Below, piece by piece: positions 47,687 through 57,252 of a stretch of DNA of 64,000 nt (its first letter is position 1; the number at the start of each line of letters is the position of its first letter). A model generated the notes under the pieces. It made no database searches and had not been told where the DNA came from. It saw only the letters and a program-made list of their open reading frames with translations. The position numbers were made by a program, and so were the translations under genes. Source of the DNA: a virus (Duplodnaviria; Caudoviricetes); IMG/VR virus record IMGVR_UViG_3300010882_000012; one strand, 5' to 3'.

Positions 47687-48265
47687 TTAGTAGTTTGCTA
47701 TTATGATATCTGCTCTTTTTACTTTCAATTCTTGAAGGATTTGAGAATCTATCCTCTTTTGAATTTTTTCTTCTGACAAGTTAGGATTTCTTTTCTTAAT
47801 TCGTTCTATTCTAACCTCTAACGGCGCATCTACAACAATTACTTTATCAAAAAGTTTATCATGTCCTGCTTCAAAAAGTATAGCACTTTCAAAAAGTACG
47901 TATGGAACTTTATCCATCCATTTTCCATATTTTGAACCTCCTCTATCGCCTGTTCTAAATTCTCTGTATGTTTGACACCAATTTTCAAACTTTTGCATGA
48001 CTATTGGATGTAGAAACTTTTCTAGAGCTTTTTTCTTAACATCATCATTAAAGATAATTGTAGCCAAATTAGGAAATGAAACTTGTCCATTTTGGTAAGT
48101 TTGTTCTCCAAAATTTTTAATAACCCATTGTTTTACAGTACTTTCATCATACAATTTCTTGCATTCATCATCTGCATAAAAAACCGGAATTCCCATCTCT
48201 ATGAACTGTTTTGAGATGTAGGTTTTACCAACTCCAATTCCTCCTGTAATTGCAACTTTTTTCAT
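47687..48265 (-). CDS. coaE: dephospho-CoA kinase
   Basis: VAITGGIGVGKT, YAD, LHP, ESAILFE, RIERIKKR. Confidence 0.92.
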   Translation of the reverse strand: MKKVAITGGIGVGKTYISKQFIEMGIPVFYADDECKKLYDESTVKQWVIKNFGEQTYQNGQVSFPNLATIIFNDDVKKKALEKFLHPIVMQKFENWCQTYREFRTGDRGGSKYGKWMDKVPYVLFESAILFEAGHDKLFDKVIVVDAPLEVRIERIKKRNPNLSEEKIQKRIDSQILQELKVKRADIIIANY

Positions 48266-48266
48266 C

Positions 48267-48599
48267 TTAAAACAAATAAATTATTTGACAGAAAATTACA
48301 AAGAAACAACTTGCAACAACAGCATAACAAATTGTAATTGTATTAAAGTTATCACATCCTAATCTATCTTTTTCGATATATCTTCCTAATTTATTATCTC
48401 TTGTTGGTACTTTATTCCACTTTTGATAGATAATTGCCAAATAAACTATAATTCCTAAATTGACATAAGGGATAAAACTTCCTAGTAAAATTAACCAAGT
48501 TGAAAGTTTTACAAAACTAACTGTTTTGAAAGTTCCTATGTAAAATGCTAACAAAAGTATGCACATGGATGTTAAAATGATGTAACTAAGTAAACTCAT
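48267..48599 (-). CDS. membrane protein
   Basis: TM segments; FIPYVN. Confidence 0.7.
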   Translation of the reverse strand: MSLLSYIILTSMCILLLAFYIGTFKTVSFVKLSTWLILLGSFIPYVNLGIIVYLAIIYQKWNKVPTRDNKLGRYIEKDRLGCDNFNTITICYAVVASCFFVIFCQIIYLF

Positions 48600-48604
48600 T
48601 CTGC

Positions 48605-48826
48605 TTATTTTTTAGGCGTTAATAATAATTTGATTTCGTTTTCAAGAATTTGGATTTTGTTTTCCAAATCTTTTACTACAACAGGCATGTACTTTTCTAC
48701 CATTCCTTTTTCTGCTTCTTGCTGATAAAGAAGATATCCAGCACATCCTTTTGAGTATTCCATTTCTTCTAACCGTTTATTGTAATCCGGTAGTAGTCTT
48801 TTTACTATTTCAAGATTTTGATTCAT
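48605..48826 (-). CDS. hypothetical protein
   Basis: Tiled ORF. Confidence 0.65.
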   Translation of the reverse strand: MNQNLEIVKRLLPDYNKRLEEMEYSKGCAGYLLYQQEAEKGMVEKYMPVVVKDLENKIQILENEIKLLLTPKK

Positions 48827-48963
48827 TGAGTATTATTTTAATTTTATTAAGATCGTTTAAAATTTCTTCAGATAATTCTTGAATTCTTTGAACTGCTTTT
48901 TTAGAATAATTAGGACAAACCATTCTTTTAACTCTGCCATCAGATACATCGACCCATTGTCCT

Positions 48964-49617
48964 TCAGGAAATTCTGTCCAGTGTTCCATTATTGTTTACT
49001 TTATATTTTTTACAACTGTCACAATCTTCTATTAAACTTCTATCATAACCTTTCCAATTTGGACAATTTTCAAAATTTTTCTGTGCTAATTTTTTCTTAA
49101 ACTTGCGTAATCTTTTACGATCAAATATTTTTAAAAAATTATGGATAAAATTAAAAGTAGATAAATATCTTGGTCCAATTACAATTAATTCATTAGAAAC
49201 AATTTCACTTTTATCATTAGTAACATAGTATGCACCTTTTGGGATGTAAGCTAAGTGCATCTCTATATCTGACCAAATTCTATTGACTGGATTTGTATAA
49301 GCATGCAAACCTTGAAAAATTTCACATTCTGTAACAATTTCAATTCCTGGTCTTTCCATTTCTAAGAATGGTCTATCATTTAATAGATGATTAATTTTAA
49401 TGCTTTTAATTTCTTTAGCTGATTCTCTATTGAAAATAGCTTCCATTTCTGCTACAACTTTTTCTCCATAAGTGTAATCAAAATGTTGATATGGAGAACG
49501 TCCTTCTCCTTTTGGAATATCTTTACCTTGAAAATAACCGGTTGCTAACTGTTTGTAGACAATAATATCTTCTTTAGCATACGTGTATCTTGAATTTTTT
49601 GAACAATTAAAGCACAT
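48964..49617 (-). CDS. MC-family paralog 6
   Basis: MCF..EDIIVYK..SPY..GLHAY..IPKG..EIVS. Confidence 0.85.
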   Translation of the reverse strand: MCFNCSKNSRYTYAKEDIIVYKQLATGYFQGKDIPKGEGRSPYQHFDYTYGEKVVAEMEAIFNRESAKEIKSIKINHLLNDRPFLEMERPGIEIVTECEIFQGLHAYTNPVNRIWSDIEMHLAYIPKGAYYVTNDKSEIVSNELIVIGPRYLSTFNFIHNFLKIFDRKRLRKFKKKLAQKNFENCPNWKGYDRSLIEDCDSCKKYKVNNNGTLDRIS

Positions 49618-49882
49618 CTTCTGTTTCTATTTTGTTAAACAATTGAAAATTACAAAAAGTACAAGCTAAAGTAAAAGCTATTGTACCTCCTAAAATTACC
49701 CATCCGATGTAAGTAAAGTAAGTTGGTAAAGCATTGATAAACCATTTCCATGCTATATCAAAACTACAATAATACCAATCTATTAAAAATCCTAATCCTC
49801 CTATTACAATTAGATTTACTAAGCAAATTAAAACAGTTACAATAAGACTCATTACAAAATTTTCTACTAAAATCTTTTTCAT
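49607..49882 (-). CDS. membrane protein
   Basis: Two TM helices. Confidence 0.7.
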   Translation of the reverse strand: MKKILVENFVMSLIVTVLICLVNLIVIGGLGFLIDWYYCSFDIAWKWFINALPTYFTYIGWVILGGTIAFTLACTFCNFQLFNKIETEDVL

Positions 49883-49896
49883 TTCAATCTCCTTTC

Positions 49897-50259
49897 TTAC
49901 TTTGCAAGTTCATACTTACCTTGACTATTCTTTACCAAAAATCTTGGTTCTTTTCTAGATGGTCCCATTAAAGTACCTGGTTTGTATTCTCTATTAAAGT
50001 ATGATTCTGATTTAGACCAATCGGGTTTATCAGAAAAATAACTAGAATAATAACCACGAGTTGCATACTTTTCAATTCCTTGATTGTATGAAACTCCATG
50101 TTTTACTGCCATCATAAACTCTTTGAGTTCAGTCCAGTTCATTGGTCTATTCATAGATTCACAAAAATCCATTACTACAGATTTTAAAGAAACTTTGTTT
50201 TCTCTCATGTAATTCCTGATATCACTCCAGGTATTGAGATAACTGTAATCTTTTTTCAT
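49897..50259 (-). CDS. putative winged-helix-like protein related to repeats in 18894..20159
   Basis: MNWTELKEFM...SYFS...KEPRFLV. Confidence 0.7.
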   Translation of the reverse strand: MKKDYSYLNTWSDIRNYMRENKVSLKSVVMDFCESMNRPMNWTELKEFMMAVKHGVSYNQGIEKYATRGYYSSYFSDKPDWSKSESYFNREYKPGTLMGPSRKEPRFLVKNSQGKYELAK

Positions 50260-50287
50260 ATCTTTTTTTAAATTTTGATTGATTTTT

Positions 50288-50698
50288 TTACTTGTTGTTA
50301 AATTTCATGTATGCCGCTAAAGCATCCGGAAAATTTGGTCCGCTATAGTGCATAATAGTTTCTTTTACATCATCTTCATTTTTTGCACAACGGTTAACAT
50401 AGAACCGATGATAAAATGGCGAAAAAAGTAATTCCACATATTGACCATATCCTGCCATTGAACAAACTTGCATTTTGTAGTTTTGGATATCTTCATTCAT
50501 TTGATCCACAACTTTTTGATAAGTTGTATCATCTTTCCACTGAGAACAAAAAGCCATTACAGCCCAAGCTGATTCCTTCGAAATTGAACCATCAAAATGA
50601 AGATGTTCCACTCGTGTTTCAGCAATTAAGTTATTAATTGATTTTTCACGATTTGCTTTAATTTTTTGACCGATAGTCATTGTTTCTTGATTTTCCAT
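50288..50698 (-). CDS. hypothetical protein
   Basis: First gene after promoter. Confidence 0.75.
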   Translation of the reverse strand: MENQETMTIGQKIKANREKSINNLIAETRVEHLHFDGSISKESAWAVMAFCSQWKDDTTYQKVVDQMNEDIQNYKMQVCSMAGYGQYVELLFSPFYHRFYVNRCAKNEDDVKETIMHYSGPNFPDALAAYMKFNNK

Positions 50699-50733
50699 TG
50701 ATTTGAATTTTGATTAATTAATTTTGATACTGT

Positions 50734-50790
50734 AAAAATACCGCTTTTTTCTTTACGATGTGTTCTTAAATGAAAAAAGTTACTAACAAT
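50734..50790 (-). promoter_or_regulatory. Class-1 promoter
   Basis: Motif plus box. Confidence 0.8.
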
Positions 50791-51009
50791 TTAACTATTG
50801 AATTTTCTTGCTAATTCTCTTTGTCTTTTTCTTCTTTGACTCTTCCATGCTAATTCAGCAATAACTGTTCCATAAAGTTCTTCTGCACAACTTTCAATCA
50901 TACTACGAGTTGAATTAAATTCTTGATATCCTCTTGAATCTTTTGCAATACACTCTTTTAGATTAAAGTTAAAAGCTCTTCGTAAATTTTTTAATAGTCT
51001 AATTTTCAT
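50791..51009 (-). CDS. small basic protein
   Basis: MKIRLLKNLRR. Confidence 0.65.
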   Translation of the reverse strand: MKIRLLKNLRRAFNFNLKECIAKDSRGYQEFNSTRSMIESCAEELYGTVIAELAWKSQRRKRQRELARKFNS

Positions 51010-51246
51010 CTTGTATTAATTTAATAATTTCATTAATTGAATTTTGTAAAGCTTCTACATGTTCTTTAGTAAAAATAATTTTTTTCTAAAGTCAATTTTG
51101 TGTGAACATCACTATTAATCATAATTCCTGATGTATTATCTGCAACAATCCATCTTTCTATCATTGTAACAGTATTTTGAACCGGACCAAGTTTGTTCCT
51201 AAGCATTGCTTCTAATGTCTCTTTTTCCATATCTAAAATTTTTTAT

Positions 51247-51317
51247 AAAAATACTGAATTTTCTGTTACTAAATTACAATAAAAAGAAAAAGTTACTAAC
51301 AATTTTCATGTAGTAAC
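51247..51317 (-). promoter_or_regulatory. Class-1 promoter with hairpin extension
   Basis: Motif 51287-51303. Confidence 0.78.
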
Positions 51318-51373
51318 TCTTCCCAATCAAAATTCAAAAAGCCGGAGTTATCAATTCCGGTTTGCGAGTAATC

Positions 51374-51577
51374 TTAGTATGCTTGGTATCCCAAACTTTT
51401 TAGTAATTCAACTTGACAATTTGCGGCAAAAATAGCAAAATGTTCAACTGTTTCTTTTGGTAAAAATTTTACCATTGCTTGCATTTTTGGATCTACTTTA
51501 TCTAAAGCAACTTCTGTAGCTTTTAGAATTTGTTCATGATACTTGATGTAAATTGGATCTTTGTAAAGCTCTTCCAT
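51374..51577 (-). CDS. hypothetical protein
   Basis: Tiled ORF. Confidence 0.7.
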   Translation of the reverse strand: MEELYKDPIYIKYHEQILKATEVALDKVDPKMQAMVKFLPKETVEHFAIFAANCQVELLKSLGYQAY

Positions 51578-51752
51578 AATTTTAAATTTTACCAGTAATC
51601 TTCACCAAAATAATCATCAATAATATCTTCAATATACCTTTCATCTTCTCCAAATTCGGCTGCAACTTCTTCAATTGCCATTTCTTTGTCATAACATTGA
51701 TTTTCCATCAAGTCTTCGAACATTTCAATAATTTCTTGATCCATATCTTAAT

Positions 51753-52010
51753 TTAATTAGTTAATCGTTGTAATACTAAAAATCCATTTTCTCCATAGTA
51801 TTCCTTTACAATATCTTCCATACTTTTGTTTTCTTCCTCATAATTACCATGTACTTGATGTAAATAGTCATCAAATTTGATAATATCAATTACAATTCTT
51901 TTAAAAGCTACAGTAAGTAATCCATCATAAAATGGTTGTATTGAACATTTAAAAGCATCTTCAAAATCTTTTCTTACTTTAGACCATTCTCCTATTTTGT
52001 AATAACTCAT
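51753..52010 (-). CDS. hypothetical phage protein
   Basis: IDIIKFDDYL...SMEDIV...YG. Confidence 0.7.
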   Translation of the reverse strand: MSYYKIGEWSKVRKDFEDAFKCSIQPFYDGLLTVAFKRIVIDIIKFDDYLHQVHGNYEEENKSMEDIVKEYYGENGFLVLQRLTN

Positions 52011-52207
52011 GATTTTTCAATTTTAACATTTTCTTCTAATTCTAAGATAAAAAGTAAAGCATTTTTCGCGCCTATCAATTGATAGTAAATCATATCTTCA
52101 GATTTAGAATACTCAATTCCTTTAAATAATTCTCTATTTTTCTCTATTGCTTCAAGATGATCTGTAATTTGTTTTAAGACATCTTCTGTTTTTGATTCTG
52201 TTCTCAT
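52007..52207 (-). CDS. hypothetical protein
   Basis: Tiled ORF. Confidence 0.65.
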   Translation of the reverse strand: MRTESKTEDVLKQITDHLEAIEKNRELFKGIEYSKSEDMIYYQLIGAKNALLFILELEENVKIEKS

Positions 52208-52364
52208 AATACTAAAAGTAAAATTGGTTAACTATTGTATCTGTATCAATTTTCGTAACATAAAGCACAAACTTCTGAATTTTTTCTATCTTTTCTGAAA
52301 TTTTGCAAACTATTAAAAAAGTTGCATAAAGTACTCTTGTCATTATTTTGAATTTTGATATTAC

Positions 52365-52421
52365 AAAAATACCAAAAAATTCAATACTAAAGTTTAATCT
52401 ACTTCAAAAGTTACTAACAAT
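52365..52421 (-). promoter_or_regulatory. Class-1 promoter
   Basis: Motif plus box. Confidence 0.78.
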
Positions 52422-52423
52422 TT

Positions 52424-52789
52424 TTACTCTTCCTCTTCTAACTCTTCTTTCCAGGTATTCAAAAAATCAATTCTAGGTTGATACCATTTTTCAGGATCTG
52501 TAGTTGCAATTTTTTGATCATACCAAAAATAATGACCATTTGCATTAAACTGATTTTCAATTATTCCTTCAGATTCTGCTCTTTCAAAAAAATCTTCTTG
52601 AAACTGATTAATAATTTCAATTTCCATTCCATCTTCAATTTCTGGTAATAAATGACAAAGACCTTTGTTTGCTTCCATGTAACTTATTATTCCATACTCA
52701 TTTACTCTTTCATGATATAATTTGATTTTTTCATCAATTCTTTCAAGTAAGAAGTCAATAATTTCAATTTTTTCTATTGTTGTTATCAT
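52424..52789 (-). CDS. WxxxRx[ED]FL family paralog
   Basis: GLCHLL...WYQPRIDFLNTWKEELE. Confidence 0.75.
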   Translation of the reverse strand: MITTIEKIEIIDFLLERIDEKIKLYHERVNEYGIISYMEANKGLCHLLPEIEDGMEIEIINQFQEDFFERAESEGIIENQFNANGHYFWYDQKIATTDPEKWYQPRIDFLNTWKEELEEEE

Positions 52790-52832
52790 AGTATTATAGT
52801 ATTAAGTACAACTTGTTAAATCTCCTAAAGTA

Positions 52833-53378
52833 TCAAGAAAAAAACATCTTTCCAGACGGTTCATTTTGTGGTAATTCTGGGCTAGTATAGTAAACTACTT
52901 CTTTAACAATTAGATAGTTTGAAACATACTGATTAAAGTTTTCGATGTAAATACTACCCTTTGGAATGATCGCAATACAATTAACTTCTGGCCACCATGG
53001 CTTCATCCATTCTCCATTATTCATTCTTTTTAAATGACCTTTTGTTCCAATTTTGTAACTGTGTAATCCTTCTGTAACTGAAAGAGAATAATCAGGTTTT
53101 TCTATCCATTCATTAATGAATTCATTAAGAACTTTAATTTTATCTTTTGTGATTTCTGAATACTCATCATATGTTCGCCCATACATTTTAGCATCAATAG
53201 TAATTCTAGAACCATAAAGTTTTCCTAATTCGTAATTCATGTTTTGAAATGGTGACACAAAATTTGTTACACCTTCCATAGCGTGACAATTTTCGATATT
53301 TCTTGATAATTGCTTAAGAACTATGATATCTTTTTTCGCAATTTTAAATTTTGATTTTAATCCTACTTGAAAGCACAT
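52833..53378 (-). CDS. MC-family paralog 7
   Basis: MCF..KDIIVLK..SPF..GLHSY..IPKG. Confidence 0.85.
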   Translation of the reverse strand: MCFQVGLKSKFKIAKKDIIVLKQLSRNIENCHAMEGVTNFVSPFQNMNYELGKLYGSRITIDAKMYGRTYDEYSEITKDKIKVLNEFINEWIEKPDYSLSVTEGLHSYKIGTKGHLKRMNNGEWMKPWWPEVNCIAIIPKGSIYIENFNQYVSNYLIVKEVVYYTSPELPQNEPSGKMFFS

Positions 53379-53382
53379 GTTA

Positions 53383-53877
53383 TTATTTTTGAATTCTTTT
53401 AACCATTTTCATCTGTGTTGCAACTATCTCACCCGCCATCCAATTTTTCAAGTAAACAGAACCTTTTGGAATTATCATTTTAAAAACTTTGTGTTTTTTA
53501 GAATTACTATTAAAAACCCATACATTACTTTTTGCTCTTAATTTTCCAGTATAAGCATGTAATCCTTGATGTGCTTGTATTGAATTAAAATCTTTGTAGT
53601 AATTCCCAAAAAATTCAGAAATTGTAGTAGACTCTTTAATTTTAGATTTATCAAATTCATGAATTGTACCACTTAAATTTCCTATTCCAATTTTAGATTC
53701 TTTAATTTGATTTACTTCCCATTTAAAATCTCCTGCAAAAGAATAAGGTGACCTTGGAACTATTGGAGAACTGTCTAAATTTCTAATCCTAGAACATTCT
53801 ACACACAATACTTTGTAGACTGTAATATCTTTTTTAGCAATTCTAATTTTGCTTTTGTTTCTTAAAGTAAGACACAT
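53383..53877 (-). CDS. MC-family paralog 8
   Basis: MCL..KDITVYK..SPY..GLHAY..IPKG..EIV. Confidence 0.85.
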   Translation of the reverse strand: MCLTLRNKSKIRIAKKDITVYKVLCVECSRIRNLDSSPIVPRSPYSFAGDFKWEVNQIKESKIGIGNLSGTIHEFDKSKIKESTTISEFFGNYYKDFNSIQAHQGLHAYTGKLRAKSNVWVFNSNSKKHKVFKMIIPKGSVYLKNWMAGEIVATQMKMVKRIQK

Positions 53878-53892
53878 TATTGTTAGTTTTAA

Positions 53893-54099
53893 TTAATCTT
53901 TTACTGTAAATTGTTCTTCTATTTCAGATTTGCAAACAGGACATCTAAATTTTATTGTGTATTGCCAACTTGCTTCCATTGTTCTAAAACTTTTTAATGA
54001 TATGCACTCTTCAAATTCTGCATCAAGTCCAGTACTACATTGAAAACATTGCAATTTAAACTGTTTTTGATGAAATGGAGATTTTTTAGTTATTGTCAT
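53893..54099 (-). CDS. Zn-ribbon protein
   Basis: CFQC...CPVC. Confidence 0.7.
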   Translation of the reverse strand: MTITKKSPFHQKQFKLQCFQCSTGLDAEFEECISLKSFRTMEASWQYTIKFRCPVCKSEIEEQFTVKD

Positions 54100-54361
54100 T
54101 TTTCTTTAATTTTCTTCTTTTCTTAATTTCTGTACTCAACCAAAACAGTCCTTCTATTGCATTTCCCCAAATCCATAGCATTCCGCAAATTACCATCATC
54201 AAAAAACTCTTTCCCCAAATCAATTGAGCCCAACTATTATCGGGAGGATTGTATGCAAAATCTTCTTTTAGTATTCCTAATACTACACTAAAAATGAAAA
54301 AAATTATTGTAAATCCTATTGTTATTATTCCAAAAAGTTTTGTCCAAGTCATCTCTTTCAT
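54086..54361 (-). CDS. membrane protein
   Basis: Two TM helices. Confidence 0.7.
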   Translation of the reverse strand: MKEMTWTKLFGIITIGFTIIFFIFSVVLGILKEDFAYNPPDNSWAQLIWGKSFLMMVICGMLWIWGNAIEGLFWLSTEIKKRRKLKKNDNN

Positions 54362-54648
54362 TTTAGTTTTGGTTTTTCAATTGTTTCTAATTTCCAACAT
54401 GATGTTAAAGAATCTCCAACTGCTACATTGTTGTAAGTTTTGTTTCCTGTACTTATCCAACTTCCATCATTTGCAACCACAATACAATAGTGCACTGTTC
54501 TTGTTTGTACCATTTTTAAACTAACATTGTAGTATCTTTCTCTTTTCTTAAAATCATACTTACTTGCAACCATCTTAGTTTGTTTTTCACAACAAGATGA
54601 AAACAAAACTACAATAACTATTAAGAAAATTGTTAAAATCTTTTTCAT
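54358..54648 (-). CDS. putative lipoprotein
   Basis: MKKIL...FSSC lipobox. Confidence 0.7.
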   Translation of the reverse strand: MKKILTIFLIVIVVLFSSCCEKQTKMVASKYDFKKRERYYNVSLKMVQTRTVHYCIVVANDGSWISTGNKTYNNVAVGDSLTSCWKLETIEKPKLK

Positions 54649-55077
54649 TATTTTTCAATTTTAATTAGTTTAAGAAATCTTGTCAATTTGTTGTTTCTAA
54701 AGTTTTTCTTTTTAGCTTCAATGACAAAAAGTATTACACAAACTAACAAAGCTCCAACATTAAAAGATGGAATTAAACAAGCAACAAAAGAATACTATAA
54801 AAAGAAATTAGTCCATTTTACTATTGCATTAAAAACAGAAATAATGATAAGACAAATCAAAATGATAAAAACATGTAATCCAACCATAACTTTATTCTCC
54901 TATCATTATTTTTAATGTTCTTACCACAATTAGGACAACAAACATTGTATTCTTTAATTCGTTCTTAATTAAATCCACCATGTACTTTGGTATAAGAAGA
55001 TTCATCAAAACTCAAGTATTCATGAACTTTTTCACAGTGTTCACATTTAATGTAACAGTGATCATTAAATTTTGTCA

Positions 55078-55275
55078 TTATTTTAGTATTATGATTTCTT
55101 TTTGTTTTTCTATCAACTCAGTAATTTTTTCATCTATGGTTTCATAATCAACCCATAGTTCATATCTATCCCAACTAACACATTCAATTTCTGTTTGTTC
55201 AACTCCTATCCTTGCGGCTTCTTTCAATAAAGCAACTAACTCTTCTTTTGAAAATTTGAAAATCATCTCTTCCAT
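55078..55275 (-). CDS. hypothetical protein
   Basis: Tiled ORF. Confidence 0.65.
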   Translation of the reverse strand: MEEMIFKFSKEELVALLKEAARIGVEQTEIECVSWDRYELWVDYETIDEKITELIEKQKEIIILK

Positions 55276-55458
55276 TATTCTTTATCTTCTTCAAACTTAA
55301 ATCTCTTGTATTCTAAATCTGAACATTTGATGTTAATTTTAATATCTTCATTATTACAATTTTTACGGCGTTCTACATCAGTTTTGTAATACTTAACTCG
55401 TCCACCTTCTGAAACAAGTTTAAACACGATTTTAGTTCTTAGCATATCTTTTTGAATT

Positions 55459-56214
55459 TTAACAGTCTACGTAATCATTCCATAATTGATTTGCACTTGT
55501 AGCCTCGCTAGAAACTTGATTATCCCAAACAGGATAAAGTGTCCAACCATTTGAACTTTTCTTGATAATAATTTTATCACAAAATAGTTCTGGATCGTAT
55601 TCTCTTCTACCATTTTTGGTTGTCATTTTCATCCAAGTTAAATACTGTCTTCCATGACTCTGCACAAATTGTTTCCAAACTTCTTGCTTAAACTCTTCGG
55701 GATTAAGTTTGAGATATCTTCCATAATCTGTAATACCACCACAAAGCCCTATACCAAGATAAGACTCATTAAAAGTTTGCTTTCCTTCGTAAGTACCTTC
55801 AAAGTCAATAATTTCGTAAAGTATTGCAAGATCCGCTTCTATTGCACTATCATAAACTGAAACTTTTGTCTCATACAATTTTCCATTACACTTTGGACAA
55901 ACTCCTGTGATTATCGGTTTTTCAAACCAAATTCTACCATCTCCATTACAATGTTCACATTTTACTTTGCACATTTGCATTTTTCCAAATGCTTTCTTTT
56001 CTTTCTTGATGTAACCTTTAGCATCACATTCTGGACAAGGTTTGAAAATTTCAAAAGTTTTTCCTATGCACTCTTCGGTTATTCTATCATTATGTGCGAT
56101 GTAGGTACATCCACATCTTTTAGTAGCTCCAACTTCACTGTAAGTAATTTTTCCTGTTTTAGGATCTCTACTTAATCTCGATGTTGTCAGTTTGTTTAAT
56201 TGTTCTTGTGTCAT
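55459..56214 (-). CDS. DnaJ-type CxxCxGxG zinc-finger protein
   Basis: CPECDAKG, CEHCNGDG, CPKCNGK. Confidence 0.75.
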   Translation of the reverse strand: MTQEQLNKLTTSRLSRDPKTGKITYSEVGATKRCGCTYIAHNDRITEECIGKTFEIFKPCPECDAKGYIKKEKKAFGKMQMCKVKCEHCNGDGRIWFEKPIITGVCPKCNGKLYETKVSVYDSAIEADLAILYEIIDFEGTYEGKQTFNESYLGIGLCGGITDYGRYLKLNPEEFKQEVWKQFVQSHGRQYLTWMKMTTKNGRREYDPELFCDKIIIKKSSNGWTLYPVWDNQVSSEATSANQLWNDYVDC

Positions 56215-56235
56215 TTGATTGAATTTTGATAATAC

Positions 56236-56292
56236 AAAAATACCAAAAATACTGATACAAAACTATAATTTTGAAAAAAAATTACTAACAAT
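56236..56292 (-). promoter_or_regulatory. Class-1 promoter (one mismatch)
   Basis: ATTGTTAGTAATTTTTT plus box at fixed spacing. Confidence 0.72.
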
Positions 56293-56857
56293 TAAAATGG
56301 GATAATTTTTCTTTCAGTATTAATTGAGTACTAACTATTTCTAAATTTGGTAAAATTGTTTGTTGCTCTTTGATGTAAAAAGCACCTTTTGGAATAATGG
56401 CTTTAAAAACATAATGCCAATATTGATTATCTATCCAATCCATTGCATAATGTTCTGCATGTCTTTTATCTGCAAAACTATGTAATCCAGCATTTACTCT
56501 AAATTCTAAAACTTTTTCTGAACTACCCACCCAATTTCTCCAATATTCTTTAAATTCTATTCCGTCATTAGTTTCTAGAAACTTAGTTTCTTCAAGTATG
56601 AATCTACGCAATTTTTCATCATCATGAGTAAAAAGTTTGTAAAAAGAATTTCCACAAATTTTTTCTATACCCATTATTGAATTTTCTTCAATAACAGTAG
56701 CACACATATCTACTTGATAAAGTTTGTCTAAGTCCCAAATCATCTTTTTGTAGATAGGAGAATGAAATTTTTCTATCTTTTTAGTAAGTACTTTAAAAAC
56801 TTCAATATCTTCTTTTGCTACTCGAATTAAAGTACTACCATTTGCATACAGACACAT
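56285..56857 (-). CDS. MC-family paralog 9
   Basis: MCL..EDIEVFK..SPIY..GLHSF..IPKG..EIVS. Confidence 0.85.
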   Translation of the reverse strand: MCLYANGSTLIRVAKEDIEVFKVLTKKIEKFHSPIYKKMIWDLDKLYQVDMCATVIEENSIMGIEKICGNSFYKLFTHDDEKLRRFILEETKFLETNDGIEFKEYWRNWVGSSEKVLEFRVNAGLHSFADKRHAEHYAMDWIDNQYWHYVFKAIIPKGAFYIKEQQTILPNLEIVSTQLILKEKLSHFNC

Positions 56858-56858
56858 G

Positions 56859-57104
56859 TTAATTGATTTTACTTAGGTTAATAATATTACTGATATGAAT
56901 TCCATTACTTTCATAGTAATTTTCTTCTTTAGAAATTAAGTCTATTAATTTTAAGAACAAATCTTTATCTTGTACTTCTACCGGTATTTCATAATAATAA
57001 TTGAAAAAGCAATTTTCATACTTTTTGTCATTTTTCCATACATTAATAACTCTTCCTGCTACCATGTACCAATTTGTTGTTCTATTAATCTTTTTCATTT
57101 TCAT
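56859..57104 (-). CDS. hypothetical protein
   Basis: Tiled ORF. Confidence 0.65.
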   Translation of the reverse strand: MKMKKINRTTNWYMVAGRVINVWKNDKKYENCFFNYYYEIPVEVQDKDLFLKLIDLISKEENYYESNGIHISNIINLSKIN

Positions 57105-57252
57105 TTTCTTTATTAAATGATGGTAAGTAATTCATTATTATTAATCCAACCAATGGCCATCCCGATTGTAAAAACCAGCATGCTGCACCAATTAGTCCAA
57201 AAAATCCTAGCCAAACTAAGGTTCTTCCAATATTTCCCATAGTTTTGTGTTT

